This document shows positions 34,601 through 46,522 of a stretch of 64,000 nucleotides of DNA, piece by piece; position 1 is the stretch's first letter; the number at the start of each line of letters is the position of its first letter. The notes below the pieces were generated by a model, which did not search any database, was not told the DNA's origin, and saw only the letters and a program-made list of their open reading frames with translations. The stretch comes from Nemertoderma westbladi (taxonomy: Eukaryota; Animalia; Xenacoelomorpha), in contig JAUCBJ010006629.1 of the NCBI GenBank assembly GCA_032718475.1, forward strand, positions 1 to 64,000, written 5' to 3'. The position numbers were made by a program, and so were the translations under genes.

Positions 34601-34723
34601 TTATTATTAATGGATGCATTGGAGTTGTTTCTTAGAGTTGTTGAGTCGGACTGTCAATTAGAGTTGATCACTGCCCCTCTTTGATCATCGCGTCGTCTGA
34701 GCCCGAACGATTCACTGAATGAA
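31651..34723 (-). mobile_element. APE-RT LINE, ~3.07 kb, with intact ORF
   Basis: 12-bp TSD TTTATGAATTAT at 31639-31650 and 34724-34735. Confidence 0.9.
31801..34653 (-). CDS. APE endonuclease-reverse transcriptase with C-terminal Cys/His motif (950 codons, no ATG at the start)
   Basis: The frame is open 86 codons upstream of the ORF track start and includes SLWNIEG, LLTESLW and RGRPTGG; then GGDFN, NYRGIAL, FVDFRKAFD, GVLQGDCLSP, FYADD, YLG, CRFC...HALHC. Confidence 0.9.
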   Translation of the reverse strand, partial: QSDSTTLRNNSNASINNKSQNINVSLWNIEGFEYVSKCLTGRELYRGDDVILLTESLWVEDSVNCEGYYSFVQPATKPTRGRPTGGLITLAKPELNPSLIYKNDSCIIVKTDIAFFIVYYFVPVTQIADIILDVNHSLSHTDSSRSILIGGDFNCRLDSGTRGLELTDHLQNLGFIILNDNDVSTYVSPQGESAIDILYIKYPGAVPQCIPIVSIKNDPIRKHQRASVTLHLPSPNNGLIMRGRPSQLGRKLDVNQLISNLHGEVIIESINNNDLDAANELLTNAIVNSTVPKCSHKHSNKPWFDAECKVLKASLVEAMTKRNESDNNKQRFWELRKQYKLVIKSKRELFEEQQLTEKLSKAEVKPWDLFRDRKPTVAPIEAGQLETHFEDLLGCANDPPDCPNIPYTTEQERTEQEWFNEPITGAEIKSVINEAANNKASGPDRLFYEHLKQGLPIILTFLTLIYNACLNVGTLPCIWLESFIIILYKGKGTITNPDNYRGIALLCVLLKTLTSIINKRIRFNIPPTSIPQEQFGFTPGRSTMGAISQLISDIAEALKSPNPKNRNTYVLFVDFRKAFDSISRSVLLWKLHNFGIRGKIYNLIKALTHNKIRIFDGLRLSNIINQLRGVLQGDCLSPTCFILYIANLANAIRNAVALIKFIFYADDLAIYASNREDIQLVLDILYKWCVANGMSVNLVKTKVVKFRRGGRLAATDMFHYDNKPVIIANQYEYLGVTLQSSLSFTEHIKAKKKSACSVIGSLNNLPLLSTETGINVFQMKISPIASYAIKEIGKYLRLQHLKDLDIIKTTHLKRMLGLHTSASSTLCLRLLNENSFVEDLAVKFPGAFNVETLSAYREFRAERDANFVAEQYSDGPAFSSATWKKPGQKNRHLVARATAHGFHHKLCLNNRGFHELSSSCVCRFCMESSQSRYHALHCPQCPPLSVLSLS

Positions 34724-35018
34724 TTTATGAATTATTGAATTAATATTGAGTTAATGAATTATTATATATAATTTATTATTAATGAATAATAGCTAAGGGA
34801 TCTGTCTGGGTGGTGACACAGTCAGTATTCGGTTTGTGAAGGTATTTTGTCGGTGGTGTTGCTAAGTCTTACAGTTTGTGACTTGCAGTCTTACAGAGTC
34901 TTACAGAATATTTAAGGATTTGTAAATTGGTGCAGCGCGCGACTGATAATGATTAAAAGTTATGGCTCGAACTATTTTGTTAACTTGCACTTTGATTTTA
35001 GCAGTATATGCGTGGTGG

Positions 35019-35254
35019 TGTTCGCGCTTTCAGACCTATAGCAGTTTAACCTGCCAATTTTAAATGTCCTTTTTATTATGAATCGACTTTAGCCCTTACC
35101 AATTACCTGGTGTACTGAAGTTACATCTGCCGAAGCCAGTCCGTGTGCGGCGTATGACCCACAGTGTGGGAGACTGGATTCGGGTTCATTAGGAAGTATT
35201 GCGGTGTAGACCTACTGTATTATTCGATTGATCGCTACTATATAATCTCTGACA
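35019..35254 (-). repeat. Diverged fragment of the family B LTR end
   Basis: Blockwise similarity to 40111-40346 starting exactly at the TGTTCGCGCTTTCAG terminus; abuts the 3' tail of the adjacent LINE. Confidence 0.65.
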
Positions 35255-35428
35255 ACTATATTATTATATTATATTATTATTATTTTCATACAATGTTTAT
35301 ATAGTAAGAAACATGTACAACAGAGTAAATACTAGCACAAAGAATTAACAAATACAATTAGGCCTAAGTATAATAAGCAATAATATACACAGAAATTCGT
35401 AATAGAAAATACGAAAAAATTCGTATAA

Positions 35429-38400
35429 CTAGTCCCCACACACTGAATTTATAATTAGATCGATCTCATCACGGTTAAAACCCAAAATATCGATTTCATT
35501 ATTGCTGTAATTAAGTAGTTCTTTAATTAATTGAATAGCGCCCGGATCCCCGTTTTTATACCACTTTCTTGATGCTACCTGCTTGGACATGAGCTTCAGT
35601 AAGTTCAACTCTTGACAAAAGTTTCCAATGCGGAGGAAGTTAACCCCACTGACTGTTCTACAATCCGGCAGAGAGACACTCGCGAGAAATCTGACACATA
35701 ATTTATTGCTGTTGAGGAGAGACTGTGCAAAAGAAACAAACCGGCTGCAAATCATTGACATCGGATGCGGAAAAGTACACAAACCCTCCACAATATAACA
35801 ATGAGTTTTGTAGGGAAGGTTGTAGACCGTACGGACATTAATATTCCACGCGTGGCCCACACGCTGCGCTCCCTCTGGCCAGATATCCCACAAACTGCTA
35901 CCATACAAACACATCGCATATCTTCTTTGTATTTCAAACAAACACGATGGATATGAGAATGAAAATTCCTGGTGTAAACTCCGTAATTTGCCTATAAATT
36001 GTCCTCTCTTACGAGTCATGTCTTGATCAAAGCTGCAGTTATAATCAACAACATTGCCAAGGTGCATCGCCTTCTTCACCCACGGAAGCTTAACTCCATC
36101 AAGTTTAACGTTATTACTAGGCTCAGACCAACGTTTTACAAACGGGATACACTTTGATTTGCTTTTTGCTGGGTCACTATCGCGGCTGAATTTTAATTTG
36201 TGTTTCAAAGAGAATTCCTCACAAATCGAGATCATAAATTGTAGACCAACTATTGTAGGACATAATAACAATAAGTCATCGGCATTTGCCAATACACCGA
36301 AATACACTGAACTGCAACCAACCTTGGACTTACGAAGAGCCACAATCAGTTTGTCTACAATGATACAAAAAAGAACCGGCGAGGCTACCGAACCCTGCCT
36401 GACGCCATTCGAAACCAAAAAAGGATCCGATAAATTGTTACCCCGGCATTTAACACAACATGACTGTTCCTTGTACATCCACAGAAGCACCCTTACAAAC
36501 AAAACCGAAAAACCTTTCTTTAGTAACTCCATAAATAATGTTACCCAATCCATCATATCGAACGCTTTCGATAAATCAAGAAAACACCCATAGACTGGGG
36601 TAGAGAACCGCGAATAATGCGAAATGACTTCTTTAGCAGTCCATGTACTGTACAGCTGGTGGTACTCGAACCTTTTTGAAAGCCAAACTGAAGTTCATCT
36701 ACAAGAACTCTGTCCCCTTGAGAAAGTAGCATTACCCACTCAAACACCTTAATAAGTAGTGAAGATAACGCTATTGCCCGGTAATTATTTGATTTACTGA
36801 GATCACCCAAATTGTCTTTAACCAATGGAACAAGAGAACAAGTTAGAAGGTACTTAAGGACAAACCCATGAATGAGGAAGCTATTGAACATTGTCGCAAT
36901 GTGTGCGTGTAGTAATTCTCCTCCATTAATCAGACAGTCAGAATTAAAATCCAAAAGAACATCAGATTTCGAGTGTTTCAGTTTGAGTATAGCTGCTCTG
37001 ACAAGTTCTGGAGTGATTTTATCCGAATCATGAACGGAGTAGCTGCTCAATTTAACAATAATTTCCTGGTCTAGCGCATTACTATCTGTACCATATTCCT
37101 GGTTGAATAGCCTCGAGTAAATCGATGCAAAATTACCTGCAATCCCCTTACCATCTGCAATTCCATCAATGGTGCTGCTCAGCATACCGCATTTACGCCC
37201 ACGCAAATTCTTTATCATACTAAAAATATCATTATTATTATCCAGGCACGCTTGTGAAAATTTATCTCTCTTTACTGTATCACTCGACTTTTTTAGACGA
37301 CGTACCGCATATTTATATTGTGCTCTTGATGAACAACGTAAATAAAACAAATTACCGTTATTTGCATCTGGTTTACCAGCTGCACACCACATATTATGCC
37401 AGAACATGGCTTCCGTTTTATACGGCTTCACATAATCATTCCACCCCGGCCATTGTTTATTATTTGAAGCACCTGATACCTGTAAACAATTACATGCTGC
37501 TTTATCAATAGCATCTAACACCTCAAAACAATAACATTCTAAATCAATTGTGTGATCTGGGTTGTCACATAAAATATTGCTACACTGGCTACATTCTAAA
37601 TTAAGATTACTGAGTGAATTATTTAAACAACTAATAAAATTTTCCTTTTCTGTATCATTTGCCTTTTGAAAATTAGGCTTCCGTTTATTCACGTTGTCTA
37701 ATACATCGGGTACAGAATTTATATGAACGTAATTAAATTGTGCATAAATAGGGCTATGGTTAGATAAATTATCTCCCGAATGCACAACCCCACAATCTGA
37801 CACATTATCAATAAGAGTACTCGAACACATAAAACGATCAATTAGCGATGTACTTATGGTGTTGTTGGCACAAAACATATATGTATAATCTACCTCGTGG
37901 AAGTCCCATATGTCTACAAGACCAATCTCATTGAAAAATGATTGTACTGTACGAACATGTGCCGTGGATCGCACAAAATCGGTATTCAAATCTCCCGCTA
38001 GCAATGTAAGGGGCGAACCGTTGTTATTTAAAACTGTACGAATGTCGTTCAATATTATCAAGAGTTCATCTGACACTGTATCACATAACTGTGGATCAAC
38101 AGGAAAATACGCATTTAACAAAAGCAATGGGTTACTTTCACCGGGCAAACATAACTGAACAGCCTGCAAACGATAATTACCAGTTTTTACTGTATTAACA
38201 TTAATAAATTTCATCAATTCTCTTTTAATAAATATACATAGTCCTCCTACCGGACGACCACGTTGCTGCTCATTACGATAGACCGCAGGTTCTATAGCAC
38301 AATAAAACTCAGAAAATGCATTACGTATTCGATAACTGTTGTCTTTTAAAATAAAATGTTTCTGCAAACAAATGATATCCGACCCCAACGAAAGCACCTT

Positions 38401-38511
38401 CAAAAAGTCAATTTTATTATCTGCAAAACCTGTGCTGTTGTACGAGACAAATTTAAGTTTACTAAAACTTAGACTACTATTAGGTTCAGTTAATGGTGGT
38501 GGAGTAGCCAT
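35429..38511 (-). pseudogene. LINE ORF2 (APE-RT), disrupted near 36550-36650
   Basis: SYNSTG, RGRPVGG, AGDLN, LIDRF, SNHSP, NYRAIAL, QFGF, GVRQGSVASP, degenerate ANADD, HLG. Confidence 0.9.
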
Positions 38512-39715
38512 GATGTGATATATACAAGCGATAATAATACTATGCCATAAAAAAGTTTGAACGTTTGATCGACGTTTGAACTAGGATAGAATACATACTT
38601 GCGAACACACACTCCCGCAGGCCAAATTTCTGGATTCAGCAACTCCTCTAGTTTATCGACCGAATAAGAAACCCGGAAGCTCATCATGCGCGCATCATCG
38701 TGAGACATTTTTACAATATCTTTCTCTGTAACGGTAATGTTACTGAACTTGAGATCTTCTACGATATCAGCTGCTGTAGTACCTCGTTGCAATCGGAAAA
38801 CAAACACCGAGCCCGGAGCGGCTTTAGATCTCAAGGATGAACTACCGCCGGGACCGGATTTACTCTTTGTGCCCGTGCCCATAACGTACTCCGGTCGCTG
38901 GCGTCTTCTCTGAACCAACTGAAAGGGAAGTTTGTTGTCTTTATCCTCCGGATTGCGCGACGGCGACAGCCGCGGACGTTTGCTACTCTCATTCCTGTCG
39001 CCCTGGGGGGCTACGGTATTTGGAATACCTCGAGATCTCCCACTTTGTCCACGGGTTGGCGTTACGTACCGACGTGGACCACCCTGTCTTGGCGACATCC
39101 CTTGGAGGTGCTGCGTAACATCAGCATACAGCGGGTAGCTGGTGGTGGCGCTAATGACAGAATGACCCTGGTCCATGGGGACCATAACCTGGCAAGGGAG
39201 GCGGTAACACCCCTGTCGAAGGCGTTCCCCACCCGGATCGCGAGATGGTAATCTTAGAATCAATACTAGATATTGACTCTTTCATCTTGTCAACCTTTTC
39301 ATCCAACAATGATAACCTACTTAGCACTTCAGTTTCTGAAATACTTGACCCAGAACCCATACCGGTACCGGCACAACCAGATTCATATAAGGCCACCCCG
39401 AAACGCGGGAGGGACAGGGCCTCTAATACCCCCTACAGCGATAAATGGCAACAGCCCATCTTTATCGAGATCAACCATTCTCTCCCAAGTGTCCTTCAGA
39501 TTGGCTTGGGCTGCGGTCCTCTCAGCAGACTCACGACGAGAAACCATCTCCAACCCCACCTTCTCATAGAGTGCGGACTTCGCCTGCAAAATTTCTTCTG
39601 GAGTAAATCTCGCTAAACATAACTCGATACACGCAGCGTGCATTTGCGAACTCAAACCTTGTAATAACACAGTTAGGCAGGAGTTTATAATAAATCCATT
39701 TGCATCAATATCCAT
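38490..39715 (-). pseudogene. LINE ORF1, split by frameshifts
   Basis: Three ORF pieces (39383-39715, 39151-39396, 38490-39263); C-terminal SVFVFRL...SFRVS...LLNPEIWPAGVCVRKY is typical of CR1/L2 ORF1. Confidence 0.8.
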
Positions 39716-40110
39716 AATCTGAAGATATTGGTCAGGCAGTCAGGTATTAATCAGGCAGTCAGTACGCAAGTAGATTAAGAGTTAGCAGTAAATCAGTATG
39801 AGCTATTTCGATACAACAAGCCGTTAAAAATCGTCTATTTCGCAATATTTAGCCTCCTCCGTCGGCTTTATTTTTCGTCTTTGGAATGAAATCTAGATAT
39901 AATTAGATCCGCCTTCATCTGCAGATTCTGAATCTGAAACCCGTTGAAAATTTCACCAAGAACTTCCGGAGATATTATCAAAATTGTAAATTAAAATATA
40001 AAATAAAAATAAAAAATAATAAAAAATAAAACGTGTGAATTTTTGTGACGTAAATCGCTATAATTCTAATGTTTTTTTTTACTAAATTCTAGAATATTAA
40101 ATATGGGTAA

Positions 40111-41310
40111 TGTTCGCGCTTTCAGACCTTTAGCAGTTTAACCTGCCAAATCTATATGTCTTCTAGGTTATAAATCGACTTTAGCCTATGACGAGTATTT
40201 GTTACACTACATTAGCCGAAGCCAGTCTATGCGCGACCATTCACCCGCTGGATATACCCGGGAGACTGGATTCGGAAGCTTTGACCTTATTGCGGTGTAG
40301 GCCTACTGTATTATTCGACTGATTGTTAATATATAATCTCTGACCAATATTATTCACTTTCGGGAAATATTAACAGTTCCTTTAGGACGTGGCGCTCTAA
40401 ATATGTAAACAGAGTTATGACTTACACTAGACACAACGGGATGGCTATGGATTCACGTATAAAGCGCATTCTTTAGGAGATGCTTCGTTATCAGTCACAA
40501 TCATGCACACTACCGCACAAGGCTGCACACCGATCTGCCGACATTCACTAAATTTAGTCACATATAAAGAGAACAACGACTGACTCATGTAGTGCCTATG
40601 AAATAGCATTAGATTCACTCCAAAACCAATATAATGTAAGTCGCAATTGTTATATGTAACAGGTCTCTCACCTTCAGTATATCAAGAAGATTGGGGGTTT
40701 TATAATTATTTATCGATATTGTCCCATATAATAATCTTCCATCAACTGATATAATTAATAAGAATAACCGACAGTAAATAGCAGTAAAAATGCGGTGTTT
40801 GTAGTTGACAATATGATTTGCATTGATAAGATTAGGATATGTTAGTTAGTTAGAATTGAATTGATAACGGTTATACGTTTCTATGACCAAAGCCTACTAA
40901 TGTTTGGCTAAAGCCTGAAAAACACAGAAATTCCAAAGCCGGTCTTCTGGCATCAGGAAAAAATGTAAACATAAACAGTAATGCATTGCGCGATTTCCCG
41001 GAGGTTTCTGTACAAATAACAGGAGAATCGCTCTGATTGGTTGTCCGAACAAAGAAACAAAGGAAAAGCTATACATGTACATATCAGCTGTTAGCCGTCG
41101 TCATAGTAACTACACTGTGTCAAGAGGATTTTAGCGTATTGCGACATAAAATTGCTAGTTATGTCCGCTAAAGTACACATACAGAAGAAATGGCTTTTTA
41201 TGTTCACTAAAACACCGGTACAGTAAGGAAACGGCTTTTTATGTCCGTTAAACCAACTACAGAGTACTTTGCGGGGAAAATAACCAGCTAATTCCGCAAA
41301 AGCTTTTACA
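40111..41310 (-). repeat. Duplicated copy of the family B 3' LTR (1200 bp)
   Basis: Minus strand reads TGTAAAAGC...GCGCGAACA, preceded by purine-rich GGGAGCGG. Confidence 0.6.
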
Positions 41311-41334
41311 CCGCTCCCAGAAAATGGGATTTAA

Positions 41335-42044
41335 GGGGGGGGTACACCATTTTGGTCTAAAATATGTCGAAATTTTTTTTATGGTCTATTACAATGCACC
41401 ATTGAATGGTGTTTCCAAATCTGAAAACCGCTATTTAATAGCTCTTTTAGATTTCAAGTTATGTAAATTTCAATTTACGGAATCCTATTGAAATTACTAT
41501 TACTATGTATAATGAAAGGTCGATTATCTCCAAATATTTTTTTCATGAAATTGTCAACTTCAAAACCCTACTACTTCTACAATTTTTGAGTAATTAGTCT
41601 GAAACTTCCTGTGGGTGTCTAGATAGCCACCCTGCATAAAAGTATCAGGCAACTTTTCGAAATTTTTTGTTAATAAAATTTAATACTATTTATAAAAAAC
41701 CTAAAAATTTGCATAAATTTGCAGCGCCACCTAGCGGTGCAGAATTATTTTAACAAAATTTCGCCTGATTGTTATGTTGCCCCATCTTTGATCTATCATA
41801 TAAAAAAACTTTCATGTGATTAGGTTTAAAACTGTAAAAGCCTTAGGGTTTTAAGCGCAACCAAGTTTTTTTTGTTGTTAACTAGTATTAACTAATATTA
41901 AATAGCGAAAAAAAAAATTTTCTGACTTGTCATGTAGAATAGCATCTTAGGCACCTATATGCCAAATTTTAGCCAAAATCAAACAATTTTGAAACGCTGA
42001 GAGTGATAAATCGAAGAGTTGTCCGAAAATGGTGTACCCCCCCC
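41335..42044. mobile_element. Kolobok-like MITE copy (opposite orientation to 27549), right TTAA missing
   Basis: Same TIRs and body as 27549-28259; right end is the duplication junction. Confidence 0.85.
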
Positions 42045-42721
42045 TACAGCGATAAATGGCAACAGCCCATCTTTATCGAGATCAACCATTCTCTCCCAAG
42101 TGTCCTTCAGATTGGCTTGGGCTGCGGTCCTCTCAGCAGACTCACGACGAGAAACCATCTCCAACCCCACCTTCTCATAGAGTGCGGACTTCGCCTGCAA
42201 AATTTCTTCTGGAGTAAATCTCGCTAAACATAACTCGATACACGCAGCGTGCATTTGCGAACTCAAACCTTGTAATAACACAGTTAGGCAGGAGTTTATA
42301 ATAAATCCATTTGCATCAATATCCATAATCTGAAGATATTGGTCAGGCAGTCAGGTATTAATCAGGCAGTCAGTACGCAAGTAGATTAAGAGTTAGCAGT
42401 AAATCAGTATGAGCTATTTCGATACAACAAGCCGTTAAAAATCGTCTATTTCGCAATATTTAGCCTCCTCCGTCGGCTTTATTTTTCGTCTTTGGAATGA
42501 AATCTAGATATAATTAGATCCGCCTTCATCTGCAGATTCTGAATCTGAAACCCGTTGAAAATTTCACCAAGAACTTCCGGAGATATTATCAAAATTGTAA
42601 ATTAAAATATAAAATAAAAATAAAAAATAATAAAAAATAAAACGTGTGAATTTTTGTGACGTAAATCGCTATAATTCTAATGTTTTTTTTTACTAAATTC
42701 TAGAATATTAAATATGGGTAA

Positions 42722-43921
42722 TGTTCGCGCTTTCAGACCTTTAGCAGTTTAACCTGCCAAATCTATATGTCTTCTAGGTTATAAATCGACTTTAGCCTAT
42801 GACGAGTATTTGTTACACTACATTAGCCGAAGCCAGTCTATGCGCGACCATTCACCCGCTGGATATACCCGGGAGACTGGATTCGGAAGCTTTGACCTTA
42901 TTGCGGTGTAGGCCTACTGTATTATTCGACTGATTGTTAATATATAATCTCTGACCAATATTATTCACTTTCGGGAAATATTAACAGTTCCTTTAGGACG
43001 TGGCGCTCTAAATATGTAAACAGAGTTATGACTTACACTAGACACAACGGGATGGCTATGGATTCACGTATAAAGCGCATTCTTTAGGAGATGCTTCGTT
43101 ATCAGTCACAATCATGCACACTACCGCACAAGGCTGCACACCGATCTGCCGACATTCACTAAATTTAGTCACATATAAAGAGAACAACGACTGACTCATG
43201 TAGTGCCTATGAAATAGCATTAGATTCACTCCAAAACCAATATAATGTAAGTCGCAATTGTTATATGTAACAGGTCTCTCACCTTCAGTATATCAAGAAG
43301 ATTGGGGGTTTTATAATTATTTATCGATATTGTCCCATATAATAATCTTCCATCAACTGATATAATTAATAAGAATAACCGACAGTAAATAGCAGTAAAA
43401 ATGCGGTGTTTGTAGTTGACAATATGATTTGCATTGATAAGATTAGGATATGTTAGTTAGTTAGAATTGAATTGATAACGGTTATACGTTTCTATGACCA
43501 AAGCCTACTAATGTTTGGCTAAAGCCTGAAAAACACAGAAATTCCAAAGCCGGTCTTCTGGCATCAGGAAAAAATGTAAACATAAACAGTAATGCATTGC
43601 GCGATTTCCCGGAGGTTTCTGTACAAATAACAGGAGAATCGCTCTGATTGGTTGTCCGAACAAAGAAACAAAGGAAAAGCTATACATGTACATATCAGCT
43701 GTTAGCCGTCGTCATAGTAACTACACTGTGTCAAGAGGATTTTAGCGTATTGCGACATAAAATTGCTAGTTATGTCCGCTAAAGTACACATACAGAAGAA
43801 ATGGCTTTTTATGTTCACTAAAACACCGGTACAGTAAGGAAACGGCTTTTTATGTCCGTTAAACCAACTACAGAGTACTTTGCGGGGAAAATAACCAGCT
43901 AATTCCGCAAAAGCTTTTACA
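42722..43921 (-). repeat. Candidate 3' LTR of family B
   Basis: TGT...ACA termini with PPT-like GGGAGCGG at 43922-43929. Confidence 0.6.
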
Positions 43922-43945
43922 CCGCTCCCAGAAAATGGGATTTAA

Positions 43946-44655
43946 GGGGGGGGTACACCATTTTGGTCTAAAATATGTCGAAATTTTTTTTATGGTCTAT
44001 TACAATGCACCATTGAATGGTGTTTCCAAATCTGAAAACCGCTATTTAATAGCTCTTTTAGATTTCAAGTTATGTAAATTTCAATTTACGGAATCCTATT
44101 GAAATTACTATTACTATGTATAATGAAAGGTCGATTATCTCCAAATATTTTTTTCATGAAATTGTCAACTTCAAAACCCTACTACTTCTACAATTTTTGA
44201 GTAATTAGTCTGAAACTTCCTGTGGGTGTCTAGATAGCCACCCTGCATAAAAGTATCAGGCAACTTTTCGAAATTTTTTGTTAATAAAATTTAATACTAT
44301 TTATAAAAAACCTAAAAATTTGCATAAATTTGCAGCGCCACCTAGCGGTGCAGAATTATTTTAACAAAATTTCGCCTGATTGTTATGTTGCCCCATCTTT
44401 GATCTATCATATAAAAAAACTTTCATGTGATTAGGTTTAAAACTGTAAAAGCCTTAGGGTTTTAAGCGCAACCAAGTTTTTTTTGTTGTTAACTAGTATT
44501 AACTAATATTAAATAGCGAAAAAAAAAATTTTCTGACTTGTCATGTAGAATAGCATCTTAGGCACCTATATGCCAAATTTTAGCCAAAATCAAACAATTT
44601 TGAAACGCTGAGAGTGATAAATCGAAGAGTTGTCCGAAAATGGTGTACCCCCCCC
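43946..44655. mobile_element. Kolobok-like MITE with both TTAA TSDs
   Basis: TTAA at 43942-43945 and 44656-44659; TIRs intact. Confidence 0.88.
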
Positions 44656-44713
44656 TTAATTCTATAAAATATAAAAAATCACAGTTTCTAAAATATAAAA
44701 ATACTCTAAACAG

Positions 44714-46072
44714 TTAGTCTTTCTTACGCGGACGGTGTTTACGCAGTTTTTTGAGGCTAGCAAGAGTCCTTTTCTCTTTGGGGTGAGCCACTTCACTAGG
44801 AGGGCTGTAACTCCTGGGTGAAGGGTGCAATACAATTGCATCAGAAGGTTTAGGTTACGGTCGATGTCTCGTCCATTTCGATATGCTTCTCCTCGAGCTG
44901 ATTTTCCTCCGCTTATCGTTGGATGCGTTCATCCAAAACTCTTGCAGAGAATAGGGTCGTCCAAGTTCGATATCTTCTTAGAGATTCTGAATTTCTTGAT
45001 GGAACTGAGATAAAGTTAATTCGTTTACCGCTTGAACTTGCTGCTGCAATTTACGTTTTTCTAAACAATTGTAGGTTCATTTTCCGATCTTTTGACGAAT
45101 AGTGTCCAACGCGTTTCATACAACTCTTTCCTCCGCCTCGATGACAGGTTGTATCGGGTTAAACAGGGACGATGATACGGTTGAATGGCGATATTAGATG
45201 TCCGCGTCCCAATCCGACTAAGTAAGATGGGTGAATATTTAGGGAGCCCACAACCGGAGTGCCACCGACTAACTGTTCGGGTAACACTAGATCTTTGAAC
45301 AGTGAGTACAGTTCGGGAGGATCCGTGATACTATTAGGATCAAGAGTCTGAGGTCTAACTAGGGAATGAGGAGGTCTGACCGAGTATTCCGGAACTCTGA
45401 TCATAGGTTTATTTAAGGATCGTTTGAATCGAGCGAGCGTAGGTGATACATCGAACAAGTTTCGCTCGAAACTCCCGTAAATATAGCGAATAAAACCGTG
45501 TTTAAAGCAACGTCTCCGCGGATGTTTATGTCTTTCCGTTTGTTGGTTGGGTCTTGGGCATTCATCGCAATAATACCAAAGACGCACGTATTGTAGGGGA
45601 AACGCGGGTGATATTTATTCGGTGTTACAACGTTTCTCTCAAGAATTCCAAATATACGTTGGAGTTACTGCGTTTATCCGGTTCTTTAACGTCTTCTCTA
45701 TCGAGTCGATTTCGAATAGAATTTTCGCATTCGATTTTCAGTTTATCGTTCCGACTCCGCTGGGTAGGATACTCAAAACAGTACCATTTCCCTTTCGGTG
45801 TCGACATCGTCCGTATCGTGTAAATCGATAGGATGACCAGTAGTTAAGAAGTCCATAAGCGTACCATTACGATGCGTATAGCGAGCAGTGAATTTTCGAT
45901 AGTCCAATTCACGCGTAAGTTGCTCCTGGGACATCGGCGGTTCAATATAACGACCATCGTCCTCCGTAGTAGTTGGACTAGCGTCGCTGCATATCAAGCT
46001 ATCAACAAACGCTTGCAATGGTAGAGTATATTTCTCCCTGATACCAAGATCATCTTCTATCAACTGAGTCAT
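44714..46072 (-). pseudogene. Disrupted ORF of unknown function, probable ORF3 of family B
   Basis: Consecutive minus-strand ORF pieces from ATG 46072 to a basic end LKKLRKHRPRKKD*; contains YYCDECP...HKH...RC. Confidence 0.5.
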
Positions 46073-46522
46073 AGCTGCTATATGAGTTTATCAATATTAT
46101 AGTTAGTTATAATTAGGCTAGCGGGCGTCGCTGCCTACCCCTCTCGGCCCCCGGACAGCGCAAGATCCTCAGCGCTGGTGTACTTTCGCCGATGTGCCTA
46201 TCGCCAACGTCGTAGCTGCACAACGACCACAACAACCAGCGCGAGTCACTCCACCGTCCGTCCCAAAGGCTTAGATATACTTCAGGTTCTTACTGGAGAG
46301 TTAGGGCTACTTTCACAATTGCGACTCGCTACTGTAAACACACTTTAGTAGTAACATTCACCTATAAACGCACAAATTCCACACAACTGTCACAAATCGC
46401 ACACATTCGGGCCATTTGTCCGTTAGTCAGTGCCTTCCAGAATGTCGCGTTATTATTGGGTATCCTGTGATACTAGCAGTGTGCTATTTTATTCCTTATG
46501 CTATTCAATGGGGCAAGCCTTT

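Larger units (their letters stand above)
35270..39830 (-). mobile_element. Near full-length two-ORF LINE of the CR1/L2 group, frameshifted
   Basis: ORF1 and APE-RT ORF2, AATAAT-type 3' tail near 35260-35285. Outer boundaries approximate. Confidence 0.85.
39434..44655. repeat. Tandem duplication, unit 2611 bp (39434-42044 and 42045-44655)
   Basis: Constant 2611 offset (39715/42326, 40897/43508, 41335/43946); no differences seen by eye. Confidence 0.95.
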
